Assembly: GCA_020436535.1 (NCBI GenBank)
Contig: JAGQXQ010000110.1
Span: 368-64,367, forward strand
Source: Phaeodactylibacter sp.
GTDB lineage: Bacteria > Bacteroidota > Bacteroidia > Chitinophagales > Saprospiraceae
Length of the DNA stretch: 64,000 nt
Reading direction: 5' to 3'
Under the pieces are notes generated by a model that worked only from the letters and a program-made list of their open reading frames with translations, searched no databases and had not been told where the DNA came from. Of the stretch, positions 34,465-43,300 are shown in pieces; within the stretch, counting starts at the first letter, position 1, and each line of letters begins with the position of its first letter. A program made the position numbers and the translations under genes.

Positions 34465-35595
34465 ATGAAGTACTTTGCTATTCTCATGGCTTGCCTGCTT
34501 TGGGCAAACCACCTGTCTGCCCAATACACAAACAGGGAACCAGCTTTTCTGGGCATCTATTCCGAACAACTTCCTAAAGAAAAAGCGCGTAAACTTGGCT
34601 TCGACAACCTCTACGGCAGTTATGTCAGCCGGGTGGTGGAAAACAGTGCAGCTGAACGGGCAAGAGTTCAGCCCTTTGACTACATCTATGGCATCGATGA
34701 GTATCGTACCGGAAAAGAACAATCGCTGACTCAGATCATCCGAAAATACCACCCTAATCAGAATGCTACGCTTCACCTTTACCGCAAAGGGGGAAACCGT
34801 ACGCTCAACGTCACCTTCAGCGCCCGTAGTGATAGCAAAGCAAAAGCCAGGGATAAGTGCAATGACCCCTTCTTCGGCATCAGTGCTGCCGAAATGAATG
34901 AGGAAGAAATGGAAGGGGTCACTGTAAATATTATTGACAATTCTACAGCGAAAGCCATCGGAATGGAGAATGGAGACCGTATCATAGCGATCAATGGCTA
35001 CCGAATGTTGGATTGGCAGGACATTAGCACCGCCATTAATACCATGGAGGTAGGCAATAAAATAACAGTTGAGTTTGTAAGGAATGGACAAAAGCTGAAA
35101 AAAAATGGCCCGATCAAGTCCTATTGCGAAACCAAACCAGAGGAAGCTATGCATATGGAGATCAAAGTGGCTCCCCAGCCAGGAGAGTGGTTTGATCGCT
35201 ATTTCAAAAAAGGAGAAGAGCAAACCATTATTTTCAGTGCTGCCGATGAGGTGCAGGCCAACGTCCAAAGCCTCAGCTCCGATGAGGCTGCCAGGGTAAA
35301 CAGGGAGAAAGGAATAAGCCTGAAAGCTGCCAACAACCTGGCGGTGGAGGGGCTATCCGTCGAGCAGAATAAAGATCTTTTTGAACTGGAGTTCACCCTT
35401 GCTGGTAGTGGAGACACCAACATACGCATATTCAATGACGCCGGCCGGATGATCTATCAATATGACCTTGGCAACTTCTCCGGAGATTTCACAGATGAGG
35501 TAAACTTATCGCAAAACGGTAAAGGCAATTTCTTCCTGGAAATACAGCAAGGCAATAGATCCGTAACCAAGAAGATCACGTTGTCTTCCAAATAA
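34465..35595 (+). CDS. Secreted tandem-PDZ protein with T9SS-type C-terminal domain
   Basis: The signal peptide MKYFAILMACLLWANHLSAQ starts at ATG 34465 (track start is 34438). Two PDZ-like segments are present: FLGIYSEQL...GSYVSRVVENSAAERARVQPFDYIYGID and FFGISAAEM...GVTVNIIDNSTAKAIGMENGDRIIAINGY. C-terminus NIRIFNDAGRMIYQYDL...GNFFLEIQQGNRSVTKKITLSSK. No protease domain. Confidence 0.7.
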   Translation: MKYFAILMACLLWANHLSAQYTNREPAFLGIYSEQLPKEKARKLGFDNLYGSYVSRVVENSAAERARVQPFDYIYGIDEYRTGKEQSLTQIIRKYHPNQNATLHLYRKGGNRTLNVTFSARSDSKAKARDKCNDPFFGISAAEMNEEEMEGVTVNIIDNSTAKAIGMENGDRIIAINGYRMLDWQDISTAINTMEVGNKITVEFVRNGQKLKKNGPIKSYCETKPEEAMHMEIKVAPQPGEWFDRYFKKGEEQTIIFSAADEVQANVQSLSSDEAARVNREKGISLKAANNLAVEGLSVEQNKDLFELEFTLAGSGDTNIRIFNDAGRMIYQYDLGNFSGDFTDEVNLSQNGKGNFFLEIQQGNRSVTKKITLSSK

Positions 35596-35640
35596 GGGCA
35601 ACGTACAAACAAGCTCTACCCCCTTTCTTTTGTCAGCCCC

Positions 35641-35678
35641 AAAAGCGCGCCTGGTTTGCCCGGGTGCGCTTTTTTTCT
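35641..35678 (+). terminator. Rho-independent terminator after the PDZ-protein gene
   Basis: aaaagcgcgcctgg / cccgggtgcgctttt form a stem of about 14 bp including two G-U pairs, followed by a T7 run. Confidence 0.6.
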
Positions 35679-35743
35679 TAGAACTGGCAGAAAAAAATTA
35701 ACTTCCCGGACCAGATTTCCCTTTCTTGAAAAATCGATCATTC

Positions 35744-38700
35744 ATGAAAAAAACAACGACTCTGCTTTTCACTCTTTTGGCAATAGCTCTGTCAGGGGCA
35801 CAACCACTAATTGCCCAGCAGGCAAAAAAGGAGGCGCAACAAACCGTTCAATTCAACCCCAAGCTGTATAAGGCTATGGAATGGCGCAATATCGGCCCTT
35901 TTCGGGGTGGCCGTTCGGCGGCTGTTACCGGCGTTTCGGGTAAGCCCAACCTCTTCTACTTCGGCTCCACCGGTGGAGGTGTTTGGCGCACTTTAGACGG
36001 AGGGCAAAGCTGGAATAATATTTCCGACGGCTATTTTGGCGGCTCCATCGGTGCAGTGGCGGTTAGTGAATACGACCCCAATGTGATCTACGCAGGAGGA
36101 GGCGAAAAGACGGTTCGGGGCAATGTTTCCTCCGGTTATGGCATATGGAAAAGTATGGATTCAGGCAAAACCTGGGAACAGATGGGCCTTCGACAATCCC
36201 GGCATATCTCCCGCATCAGAATACATCCTCAAAACCCGAGCCTGGCTTATGCTGCTGTGATGGGCGACCTGTATCAGCCCAGTGAAGAACGAGGGGTGTA
36301 TCGCACCAAAGATGGAGGTAAAAACTGGGAACGCATACTCTTCTCCAACGCGGACGCCGGCGCTGTTGACCTGCTCCTTGACCCCAACAACCCCCGGGTC
36401 ATTTTCGCTTCTACCTGGCGAGTACGCCGTACACCGTACACCCTGGAAAGCGGTGGCGAAGGCTCAACCCTCTGGCGAAGCACCGATGGAGGCGACAGCT
36501 GGTTGAACCTCTCCGAAAAAGAAGGCTTTCCTCAAGGGCTCAAGGGAATCATCGGAGTGGCCGTATCTCCCATGAATTCCAATCGTGTATGGGCTATCAT
36601 TGAAGCGGAAGACGGAGGCGTTTTCCGTTCTGAAGACGGAGGCGACACCTGGCTGAAAATCAATGATGACCGTGCGCTACGGCAACGCGCCTGGTACTAT
36701 AGCCGCATTTACGCCGATACCCAGGATGAAGAAGTCGTTTATGTCTTGAACGTGAGATATCATAAATCTACCGACGGCGGCAAAACCTTTAAGCCCTATT
36801 CAGCTCCGCATGGCGACCACCATGACCTGTGGATAGCTCCTGAGGACAACCAACGTATGATCATTGGCGATGACGGCGGCGCTCAGGTCTCTTTTGACCG
36901 CGGGGAAAACTGGAGCACCTATCACAATCAACCAACCGCCCAGTTCTACCGGCTTACAACCGACAACCACTTCCCCTACCGCATCTATGCTGCTCAACAG
37001 GATAACTCTACTGTCCGTATCCTGCACCGTACAGAATCAAGTACAATCTCTGAACGGGACTGGGAACCCACTGCGGGTGGGGAGAGCGCCCATATCGCGG
37101 TAAGCCCCAAAGACGATGAAGTTGTCTTTGGAGGTAGTTACGGCGGCTTCCTGACCCGGAAAAACCACCGAACAGGTGAAAGTCAGGCCATCAATGTTTG
37201 GCCCGACAACCCCATGGGGTACGGGGCGGAGGGCATGAAGTACCGTTTTCAATGGAACTTCCCCATTTTCTTCTCCCCGCATGATCCGAACAAGCTTTAC
37301 GCTGCCTCCAATCACTTGCATGTAACCTACAACGGAGGGCAAAGCTGGGAACTGATCAGCCCGGACCTCACCCGCAATGACTCCACCCGGCTGGGGCCTT
37401 CCGGAGGCCCGATCACTAAAGATAATACCGGCGTAGAATACTATTGCACCATTTTTGCCGCCACCGAGTCGCCCTACGAAGAGGGCCTGCTATGGGTTGG
37501 TTCCGATGACGGGTTGGTTCACCTTTCCCGTGACGGGGGTAAAAACTGGAAGAATGTAACACCTCCCAATATGCCGGAGTGGATGATGATTAACAGTATC
37601 GAACCCGACCCATTTACACCGGGAGGCGCTTATATAGCAGGCACTCGATATAAAATGGGGGACTACCGGCCCTACCTGTATAAAACCAAGGACTATGGCC
37701 AAAGCTGGCAGCTCATTGTCAATGGCATCGATGAAGAACATTTTACCCGAGTGGCCCGCGCCGACCCCGGACGCCAGGGCTTGCTTTATGCCGGCACTGA
37801 AACAGGCCTGTACATCTCCTTTGACGACGGGGCCAGCTGGGTGGAGTTTCAGCTGAATCTTCCCATCGTTCCGATTACGGACCTGGCCATCAAAAACAAC
37901 AACCTCATTGCTGCTACTCAAGGCCGTTCTATTTGGATCCTCGACGACCTCACCCCCTTGCACCAGCTCAACGATCAGGTTGAAAAAAGAGAAATGTTCC
38001 TCTACCAACCCGCTGATTCCTACCGAATGGACGGCGCTCAGAACTCCAAGGCCAAAAATGCGGGTAGGAACCATCCGGGTGGAGTGATGGCCTACTATTA
38101 TATAAAAAAGATGCCGGAGGATTCCGCAGCCCTCATCACACTCTCTTTTCACGAGGAGAATGGCCAATTGATCCGGGAGTTTAGCAACCAGGCAGAGGAG
38201 AAAGAAAATAAACTGGAAGTCAAAGAAGGAGCCAACCTTTTCGTCTGGAATATGCGTTACCCCAAGGGCAAAGATTTTGAAGGCATGGTGCTTTGGTGGG
38301 CCGGATTGAACGGGCCCAAAGCAAGGCCCGGGAACTATCGGGTCAGGTTGAAAATGGGGGGCGAAGAAATAGAACGGCCTTTTTTAATAAAGAAAGACCC
38401 CCGCTCCAGCAGTACGCCCGAAGAGCTTCAGGCTCAGTTCACCTTCATGCAGGAAGTCAATAAAAAAGTTTCTGAAGCCCATCAGGCAATTATTGACATC
38501 CGGGAAGTGCGTGGCCAACTGCAACACTTCACCAGCCGGTGGAAAGAAGATGATGGCAAAAAGGACTTACTGGAAAAGGCGAAAGCCATTGATTCTGTTA
38601 TGACTATGGTGGAAAACGAGCTGTATCAGACCCAAAACCGGAGTGGCCAGGATCCGCTTAACTATCCCATAAAACTGACAAATAAGCTGGCGCACCTCAA

Positions 38701-38896
38701 TTCTCTGGTTGGCATTGGCGACTTCAAGCCCACCGAACAGGCATACGATGCCAAACTAGCCCTTACCAAGGAAGTTGACCAACAACTCGCTGTCTTTTAT
38801 CAGCTAAAAGAAGTAGATATTCCTGCATTTAACGATATGGTAAAAGCAGCGGCAGTGGACGTGATCATGCTCCAGGAAACAGAACCCGGCCGATAG
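35744..38896 (+). CDS. BNR/Asp-box repeat, sortilin/VPS10-like beta-propeller protein (annotated in relatives as glycosyl hydrolase-like)
   Basis: The signal peptide MKKTTTLLFTLLAIALSGAQPLIAQ starts at ATG 35744 (track start 35726 is TTG). At least 11 Asp-boxes: TLDGGQSW, SMDSGKTW, TKDGGKNW, STDGGDSW, SEDGGDTW, STDGGKTF, SFDRGENW, TYNGGQSW, SRDGGKNW, TKDYGQSW, SFDDGASW. Confidence 0.8.
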   Translation: MKKTTTLLFTLLAIALSGAQPLIAQQAKKEAQQTVQFNPKLYKAMEWRNIGPFRGGRSAAVTGVSGKPNLFYFGSTGGGVWRTLDGGQSWNNISDGYFGGSIGAVAVSEYDPNVIYAGGGEKTVRGNVSSGYGIWKSMDSGKTWEQMGLRQSRHISRIRIHPQNPSLAYAAVMGDLYQPSEERGVYRTKDGGKNWERILFSNADAGAVDLLLDPNNPRVIFASTWRVRRTPYTLESGGEGSTLWRSTDGGDSWLNLSEKEGFPQGLKGIIGVAVSPMNSNRVWAIIEAEDGGVFRSEDGGDTWLKINDDRALRQRAWYYSRIYADTQDEEVVYVLNVRYHKSTDGGKTFKPYSAPHGDHHDLWIAPEDNQRMIIGDDGGAQVSFDRGENWSTYHNQPTAQFYRLTTDNHFPYRIYAAQQDNSTVRILHRTESSTISERDWEPTAGGESAHIAVSPKDDEVVFGGSYGGFLTRKNHRTGESQAINVWPDNPMGYGAEGMKYRFQWNFPIFFSPHDPNKLYAASNHLHVTYNGGQSWELISPDLTRNDSTRLGPSGGPITKDNTGVEYYCTIFAATESPYEEGLLWVGSDDGLVHLSRDGGKNWKNVTPPNMPEWMMINSIEPDPFTPGGAYIAGTRYKMGDYRPYLYKTKDYGQSWQLIVNGIDEEHFTRVARADPGRQGLLYAGTETGLYISFDDGASWVEFQLNLPIVPITDLAIKNNNLIAATQGRSIWILDDLTPLHQLNDQVEKREMFLYQPADSYRMDGAQNSKAKNAGRNHPGGVMAYYYIKKMPEDSAALITLSFHEENGQLIREFSNQAEEKENKLEVKEGANLFVWNMRYPKGKDFEGMVLWWAGLNGPKARPGNYRVRLKMGGEEIERPFLIKKDPRSSSTPEELQAQFTFMQEVNKKVSEAHQAIIDIREVRGQLQHFTSRWKEDDGKKDLLEKAKAIDSVMTMVENELYQTQNRSGQDPLNYPIKLTNKLAHLNSLVGIGDFKPTEQAYDAKLALTKEVDQQLAVFYQLKEVDIPAFNDMVKAAAVDVIMLQETEPGR

Positions 38897-38925
38897 CGAG
38901 AACGAGCGGATAGATGCTATGGATA

Positions 38926-38967
38926 GGATGTCTCTTTTGGGCCTGTAAGGGCTCAAAAGAGACATCC
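38926..38967 (+). terminator. Rho-independent terminator after the BNR-repeat gene
   Basis: ggatgtctcttttg / caaaagagacatcc is a 14-bp perfect stem (38926-38939 / 38954-38967), extendable inward. It is followed by gtggtttcttc. Confidence 0.55.
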
Positions 38968-39401
38968 GTGGTTTCTTCAAAAATTAACCTAAAATTCCTT
39001 TGTGAAAATGGAACTTACGGCGAAACTCACCCGTATAGAATAGTATACACAAATTCTACAACTTTCCCCTTGATGCGATTCTCTGTTCTCTCAATGCAGA
39101 GAGCAGGATAAATGAAAAGGCCACCCCGGGCTATCCCGACGAAAACACAATTATCATCAAATCATAAAGCACTCAGTTGTAATATTTTCAAATAATTACC
39201 TGAGCCCCTGTATCCAAACCAAGCATTTTACGTCAAAACACAGCAGGCAAAGATTAAAGAGGGCGCAAATAGCCAGCCCCTCAATGTTGATAAGCCCTTC
39301 ATCCCGACTAAAGAAATATTTTTCAGCCTTGCCCAGGAGCTGGTAAAAGGCAGGGCTGAAAAGGTTCTTTCGCATTTATCCCATGATCAAACAGACATAC
39401 A

Positions 39402-41750
39402 ATGAAGGACAAATGGATCAATTTCAGGCGCCGCTTTGCAGTCAGCTGGTATAATTTCTGGATCGACTATCCTGCTGCCGGATGGGCGGTCAAAGGTATC
39501 AAAATTTCCCTCGTTCTTGCGATGATTGGCGGAACAGCGTTCATCAGCAGCGTTGCCGCCGGAGCATTCGGCAAACTTCCAACGGAAGAAGACTTGGCCG
39601 GAGTTACTCATTATGTAGCCTCCGAAGTTTTTGCATCAGATAGCACCATTTTGGGCCGTTACTATTTCGAAAACCGAAGCAACGTCCGGTACAAAGATGT
39701 TTCGCCCCATTTCATCCACGCTCTGGTAGCCACTGAAGATGCGCGTTTTTTCGAACACAATGGCATAGACTTTCGGGCCTGGGCAAGAGTATTTTTTAAG
39801 ACATTGTTAAAGCGGGAGCGTTCTTCAGGAGGAGGAAGCACCATCAGCCAGCAATTAGCCAAAAATATTTATCCCCGTGAAGATTACGGCAAATACTCTC
39901 TGATCATCAATAAAATAAAGGAGGTATTCATCGCCATACGCCTCGAAAAATTGTACCATAAGGAAGAATTGCTGGAACTGTATATGAACACGGTTCCTTT
40001 CAGTGAAAACACCTTCGGCATCAAAGTCGCGTCTCAGCGTTTTTTCAATACCAGCCCGGCCCGCCTGACCCCTTCCCAATCGGCAGTATTGGTCGCCATG
40101 CTGAAGGCCACCACCCTGTACAACCCCGTCACCCAACCACAGAAAGCCCTGGAAAGGCGTAACCTCGTATTGGGCCAAATGTCCAAATATGGCTTCCTGT
40201 CCCAGCGCCTGGCAGACTCTCTGGTCAAAGAGCCCATATCGCTGAACTATTTTCCCATCACCCACAACAAAGGCCCGGCGCCATATTTCCGCGAACACCT
40301 CCGCCTGGAACTCAAGAAATTGATCAAAGATAAGCGGAAGCCCAATGGAATGGCTTACAACCTGTACACCGATGGGCTGAAAATATACACTACCCTGAAC
40401 TCCCGGATGCAGTCCATTGCCGAAGACATAGTTGCAGAACAGATGCAAAGCCTGCAGAAAGACTTTACCCAACACTTAAACGGAGCCGACCCCTGGGAAA
40501 CGGAAGGCGTTCTCGAAATGGCCAAGCGGCAGTCTGCGCGATACCAGGGACTTAAAAGTGCCGGCCTGGACAGCATGGGCATTGATTCGGTTTTCCGCAT
40601 TCCGGTCGAGATGTACATCTATAGCGGGAAAGGAGGAAAAGAACTGCGAAAAATGAGCCCCATTGATTCTATCAAATTCTATCTGGGGCTGCTCAACGCC
40701 GGTTTTCTGGCAATGGACCCCAATTCAGGAGAAGTGCTGGCATGGGTCGGCGGGATCAATCACGAATTCTTTCAATACGACCACATTTTATCCACCCGTC
40801 CGGTGGGCTCCACCTTCAAGCCAATTGTATACGCCGCCGCACTCCAAAAGGGCGTCGCCCCCTGCTCTTATTACCCCAACCAGTTGAGGGTTTATCCGCA
40901 ATATGAGTACTGGATGCCTAAGAACGCCACTAATGAGTACGGCGGTTACTATTCGCTGGAAGGCGGCTTGATCAATAGTGTCAATACCGTATCGGTTCAG
41001 GTAATGATGCGGGCACGCCCTTCCAATGTTGTCCGCCTGGCACACAGCCTGGGGATCAGTACCGAAATTCCGGCAGTTCCGGCCATTGCTCTGGGGGCGG
41101 TGGATGTATCCCTCCGGGATATGGTCACCGTTTACAGCACCTTTGCCAAAAAGGGAGCTCGCCCGGACCTTCACTACATCCGCCGGATAGAGACCCCGGA
41201 TGGTATAGTGCTCATCGACAATGAATGGAAAAAGGACACCTGCAATTGGGAGCGGCCCCTGTGGGAAGAAGAGGCAGATATGATGAACCAGATGCTGCAG
41301 GCCGTTGTCGACCGGGGAACGGCGCGCCGAATCCGCTATCGGTATAATATGAAATTCCCACTGGCCGGCAAAACCGGCACCAGCCAAAATCATTCAGATG
41401 GATGGTTTATTGGTTATACTCCCAAGATCGTAGCCGGCGCCTGGGTAGGGGCCGAATCGCCAGCCGTGCGCTTCCGGAACCTCCGCCTGGGACAAGGCGC
41501 CAATACCGGCCTACCTATTGTTGCCTTTTTTCTGCAAAAACTCACAGAGGAGGAACCGCTGGCTGACTATGTTAATGCTCCCTTCCCCAAGCCAGGTTCA
41601 ACGGTAGAACAAATGCTCTCCTGCCCGAGTGTGGTATGGCCGGAACAAAAAACAGAAACGGAAGGCGTGGAAGAAAAGTCAACCGCTCAAACGGCTGGTA
41701 AAGAAAATGCCTCCGCCTCCTCTGAAGTCACCGCCAAATTGAATGAGTGA
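39402..41750 (+). CDS. Class A penicillin-binding protein (PBP1A: GT51 transglycosylase + transpeptidase)
   Basis: 782 aa. N-terminal TM anchor. GT51 motifs EDARFFEHNGID, GGSTISQQLAKN, RLEK. Transpeptidase motifs STFKP (SxxK), SVN (SxN), KTGTS (KTG). Confidence 0.9.
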   Translation: MKDKWINFRRRFAVSWYNFWIDYPAAGWAVKGIKISLVLAMIGGTAFISSVAAGAFGKLPTEEDLAGVTHYVASEVFASDSTILGRYYFENRSNVRYKDVSPHFIHALVATEDARFFEHNGIDFRAWARVFFKTLLKRERSSGGGSTISQQLAKNIYPREDYGKYSLIINKIKEVFIAIRLEKLYHKEELLELYMNTVPFSENTFGIKVASQRFFNTSPARLTPSQSAVLVAMLKATTLYNPVTQPQKALERRNLVLGQMSKYGFLSQRLADSLVKEPISLNYFPITHNKGPAPYFREHLRLELKKLIKDKRKPNGMAYNLYTDGLKIYTTLNSRMQSIAEDIVAEQMQSLQKDFTQHLNGADPWETEGVLEMAKRQSARYQGLKSAGLDSMGIDSVFRIPVEMYIYSGKGGKELRKMSPIDSIKFYLGLLNAGFLAMDPNSGEVLAWVGGINHEFFQYDHILSTRPVGSTFKPIVYAAALQKGVAPCSYYPNQLRVYPQYEYWMPKNATNEYGGYYSLEGGLINSVNTVSVQVMMRARPSNVVRLAHSLGISTEIPAVPAIALGAVDVSLRDMVTVYSTFAKKGARPDLHYIRRIETPDGIVLIDNEWKKDTCNWERPLWEEEADMMNQMLQAVVDRGTARRIRYRYNMKFPLAGKTGTSQNHSDGWFIGYTPKIVAGAWVGAESPAVRFRNLRLGQGANTGLPIVAFFLQKLTEEEPLADYVNAPFPKPGSTVEQMLSCPSVVWPEQKTETEGVEEKSTAQTAGKENASASSEVTAKLNE

Positions 41751-41977
41751 TCGAAAGGCAACTTAAAGAGCTGTAGGACAGGACTTAAGCCAAACACTTT
41801 CCCCCACAGCCTTTTTGCATTTTGAGTGCTCGCTGCCTTATCCGTCATCCTGCTGTCAAAATTTAGTTAAGCATCTTTCCATTTTTTTTGATTTTTTTGG
41901 AAAAAGGATTAACTTTCTTCTGCTTATCAAATAAGAGGATTGTTATCCTTTGATTTCCTAATTAAATTTCTTCAGCG

Positions 41978-42247
41978 ATGAATATTACATTCGAGGAGCT
42001 GCGAGCCATCAAGCACAAGCTGCCTACCGGCAGCATTCACAGAATTGCCAAAGAATTGAACCTGAGCGAGCAGACCGTACGCAACTATTTTGGAGCCAAT
42101 AAATTCGGCGAAGGCGATATTGCAGATAAACACATCCAACCAGGGCCCCATGGTGGTATAGTTCATCTGGAGGATACCAGCATCCTGGAAGCGGCAAAAA
42201 AAATATTGACAGAAACTGAATCCGAATTGCAGAAAGAAGAGAGCTGA
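41978..42247 (+). CDS. Small (89 aa) putative helix-turn-helix DNA-binding protein
   Basis: HTH-like stretch SIHRIAKELNLSEQTVRNYF. Acidic C-terminal tail. ATG start. Followed directly by a strong terminator. Confidence 0.5.
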   Translation: MNITFEELRAIKHKLPTGSIHRIAKELNLSEQTVRNYFGANKFGEGDIADKHIQPGPHGGIVHLEDTSILEAAKKILTETESELQKEES

Positions 42248-42260
42248 CGAAAGTCAAAAA

Positions 42261-42297
42261 GAAAAACGGGAAATGATCGGTTCATTTCCCGTTTTTC
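42261..42297. terminator. Bidirectional Rho-independent terminator between convergent genes
   Basis: 16-bp perfect stem gaaaaacgggaaatga / tcatttcccgtttttc (42261-42276 / 42282-42297), 5-nt loop. An A-run lies upstream and a T-run downstream, so it can function on both strands. Confidence 0.75.
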
Positions 42298-42324
42298 TTT
42301 TACCTGCTTCCTATTTGTCAATAG

Positions 42325-43056
42325 CTACATCTTTAAATAAAATTCTCCCGCCAGCTTAATATACTCCTCTGTCCAGGCATTTCTCTTTTTGTGCTGAATG
42401 ACAAGGCTGCCTCTTTCCACTGTTTTGGCCTGCCGCTCGAATTGCATGAGCAGGCGCTCTACAGGCTTATCCTTTGTAGGCATTACTTCCGTTACCCGGG
42501 TACAGTTTAAATGGTAATCTTGAGACAACTCCTGGAAACGAAGGCCTTCAATGTAGGGCAACACAAGGCAAAACCGCCCCTGTGGCGACAGCAAGCTGCG
42601 TACCGCCGATAAAAGGTCTCCGTGAGGAAGCTTTACAGTATGTCGTACGCTATTGCGGTCCTGGTTGTGCGAAAAGGTGCCTCCGGAGAAAAAAGGCGGA
42701 TTACTGACGATCAGGTCATAATGAGTGGAAGCAGACCGGGCATAGTCCTGAATAGCCATATTAAAGACCTGCAGGCGCCCGGCCCAGGGGGATGCCTCCA
42801 TGTTTTCGCGGGCCTGCCCGGCCGCAGTTTGGTCTACTTCTACAGCATGGATATTGGCCTGTGCCGCTCTTTGAGCCAGCATAATGGCAATGAGGCCACT
42901 TCCCGTCCCCACATCCAGGATGTGAGCAGTACTTTCCGTATCAGCCCAGGCGCCAAGAAGCACGCCATCAGTGCCTACCTTCATCGTGCATCGGTCCTGA
43001 TGGATCGTGAATTGCTTGAAGTAAAAGGGCTTCGCTTTTTTCTCTGGCATGGTCAT
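42325..43056 (-). CDS. trmN6: tRNA1(Val) (adenine37-N6)-methyltransferase (YfiC/TrmN6 type)
   Basis: 243 aa. FKQFTIHQDRCTMKVGTDGVLLGAWA. SAM motif ILDVGTGSGLIAIMLAQR. Catalytic NPPF in IVSNPPFF. Confidence 0.8.
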   Translation of the reverse strand: MTMPEKKAKPFYFKQFTIHQDRCTMKVGTDGVLLGAWADTESTAHILDVGTGSGLIAIMLAQRAAQANIHAVEVDQTAAGQARENMEASPWAGRLQVFNMAIQDYARSASTHYDLIVSNPPFFSGGTFSHNQDRNSVRHTVKLPHGDLLSAVRSLLSPQGRFCLVLPYIEGLRFQELSQDYHLNCTRVTEVMPTKDKPVERLLMQFERQAKTVERGSLVIQHKKRNAWTEEYIKLAGEFYLKM

Positions 43057-43090
43057 AACTCAAATATACGCTTAAAAAACTGGTTACTTG

Positions 43091-43126
43091 ACAAATCCGG
43101 TGATTCGAACTGGCCACCGGATTTGT
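43091..43126. repeat. 12-bp perfect inverted repeat (hairpin) at the left edge of the AT-rich block
   Basis: acaaatccggtg (43091-43102) and caccggatttgt (43115-43126) are exact reverse complements with a 12-nt loop. It lies in the divergent spacer between trmN6 and the LTD gene. Confidence 0.45.
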
Positions 43127-43300
43127 TAAAGAAGGAAAACACTACTGTTCTACATCGCAGTAAGCCTATGTCATTTTTGAGGCAAAACATAAGCTTAACA
43201 GGCTCTGTATATCTTTTAAAATCAAAAATCACTACCTTTGTTTTCCTGTTTTTGAGATTTATATCTATAATTTTTTCTTAAAATCTTAAATGCCAAGTAA

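Noticed and set aside
34435-35268. 277-aa minus-strand ORF
   Set aside because: It is antisense to the PDZ-protein gene, which has a signal peptide, PDZ modules and a CTD. The antisense translation has no recognisable features.
38914-39111. 65-aa plus-strand ORF in the long gap upstream of the PBP1A gene
   Set aside because: It overlaps the terminator hairpin of the preceding gene and has no motifs. It is treated as non-coding.
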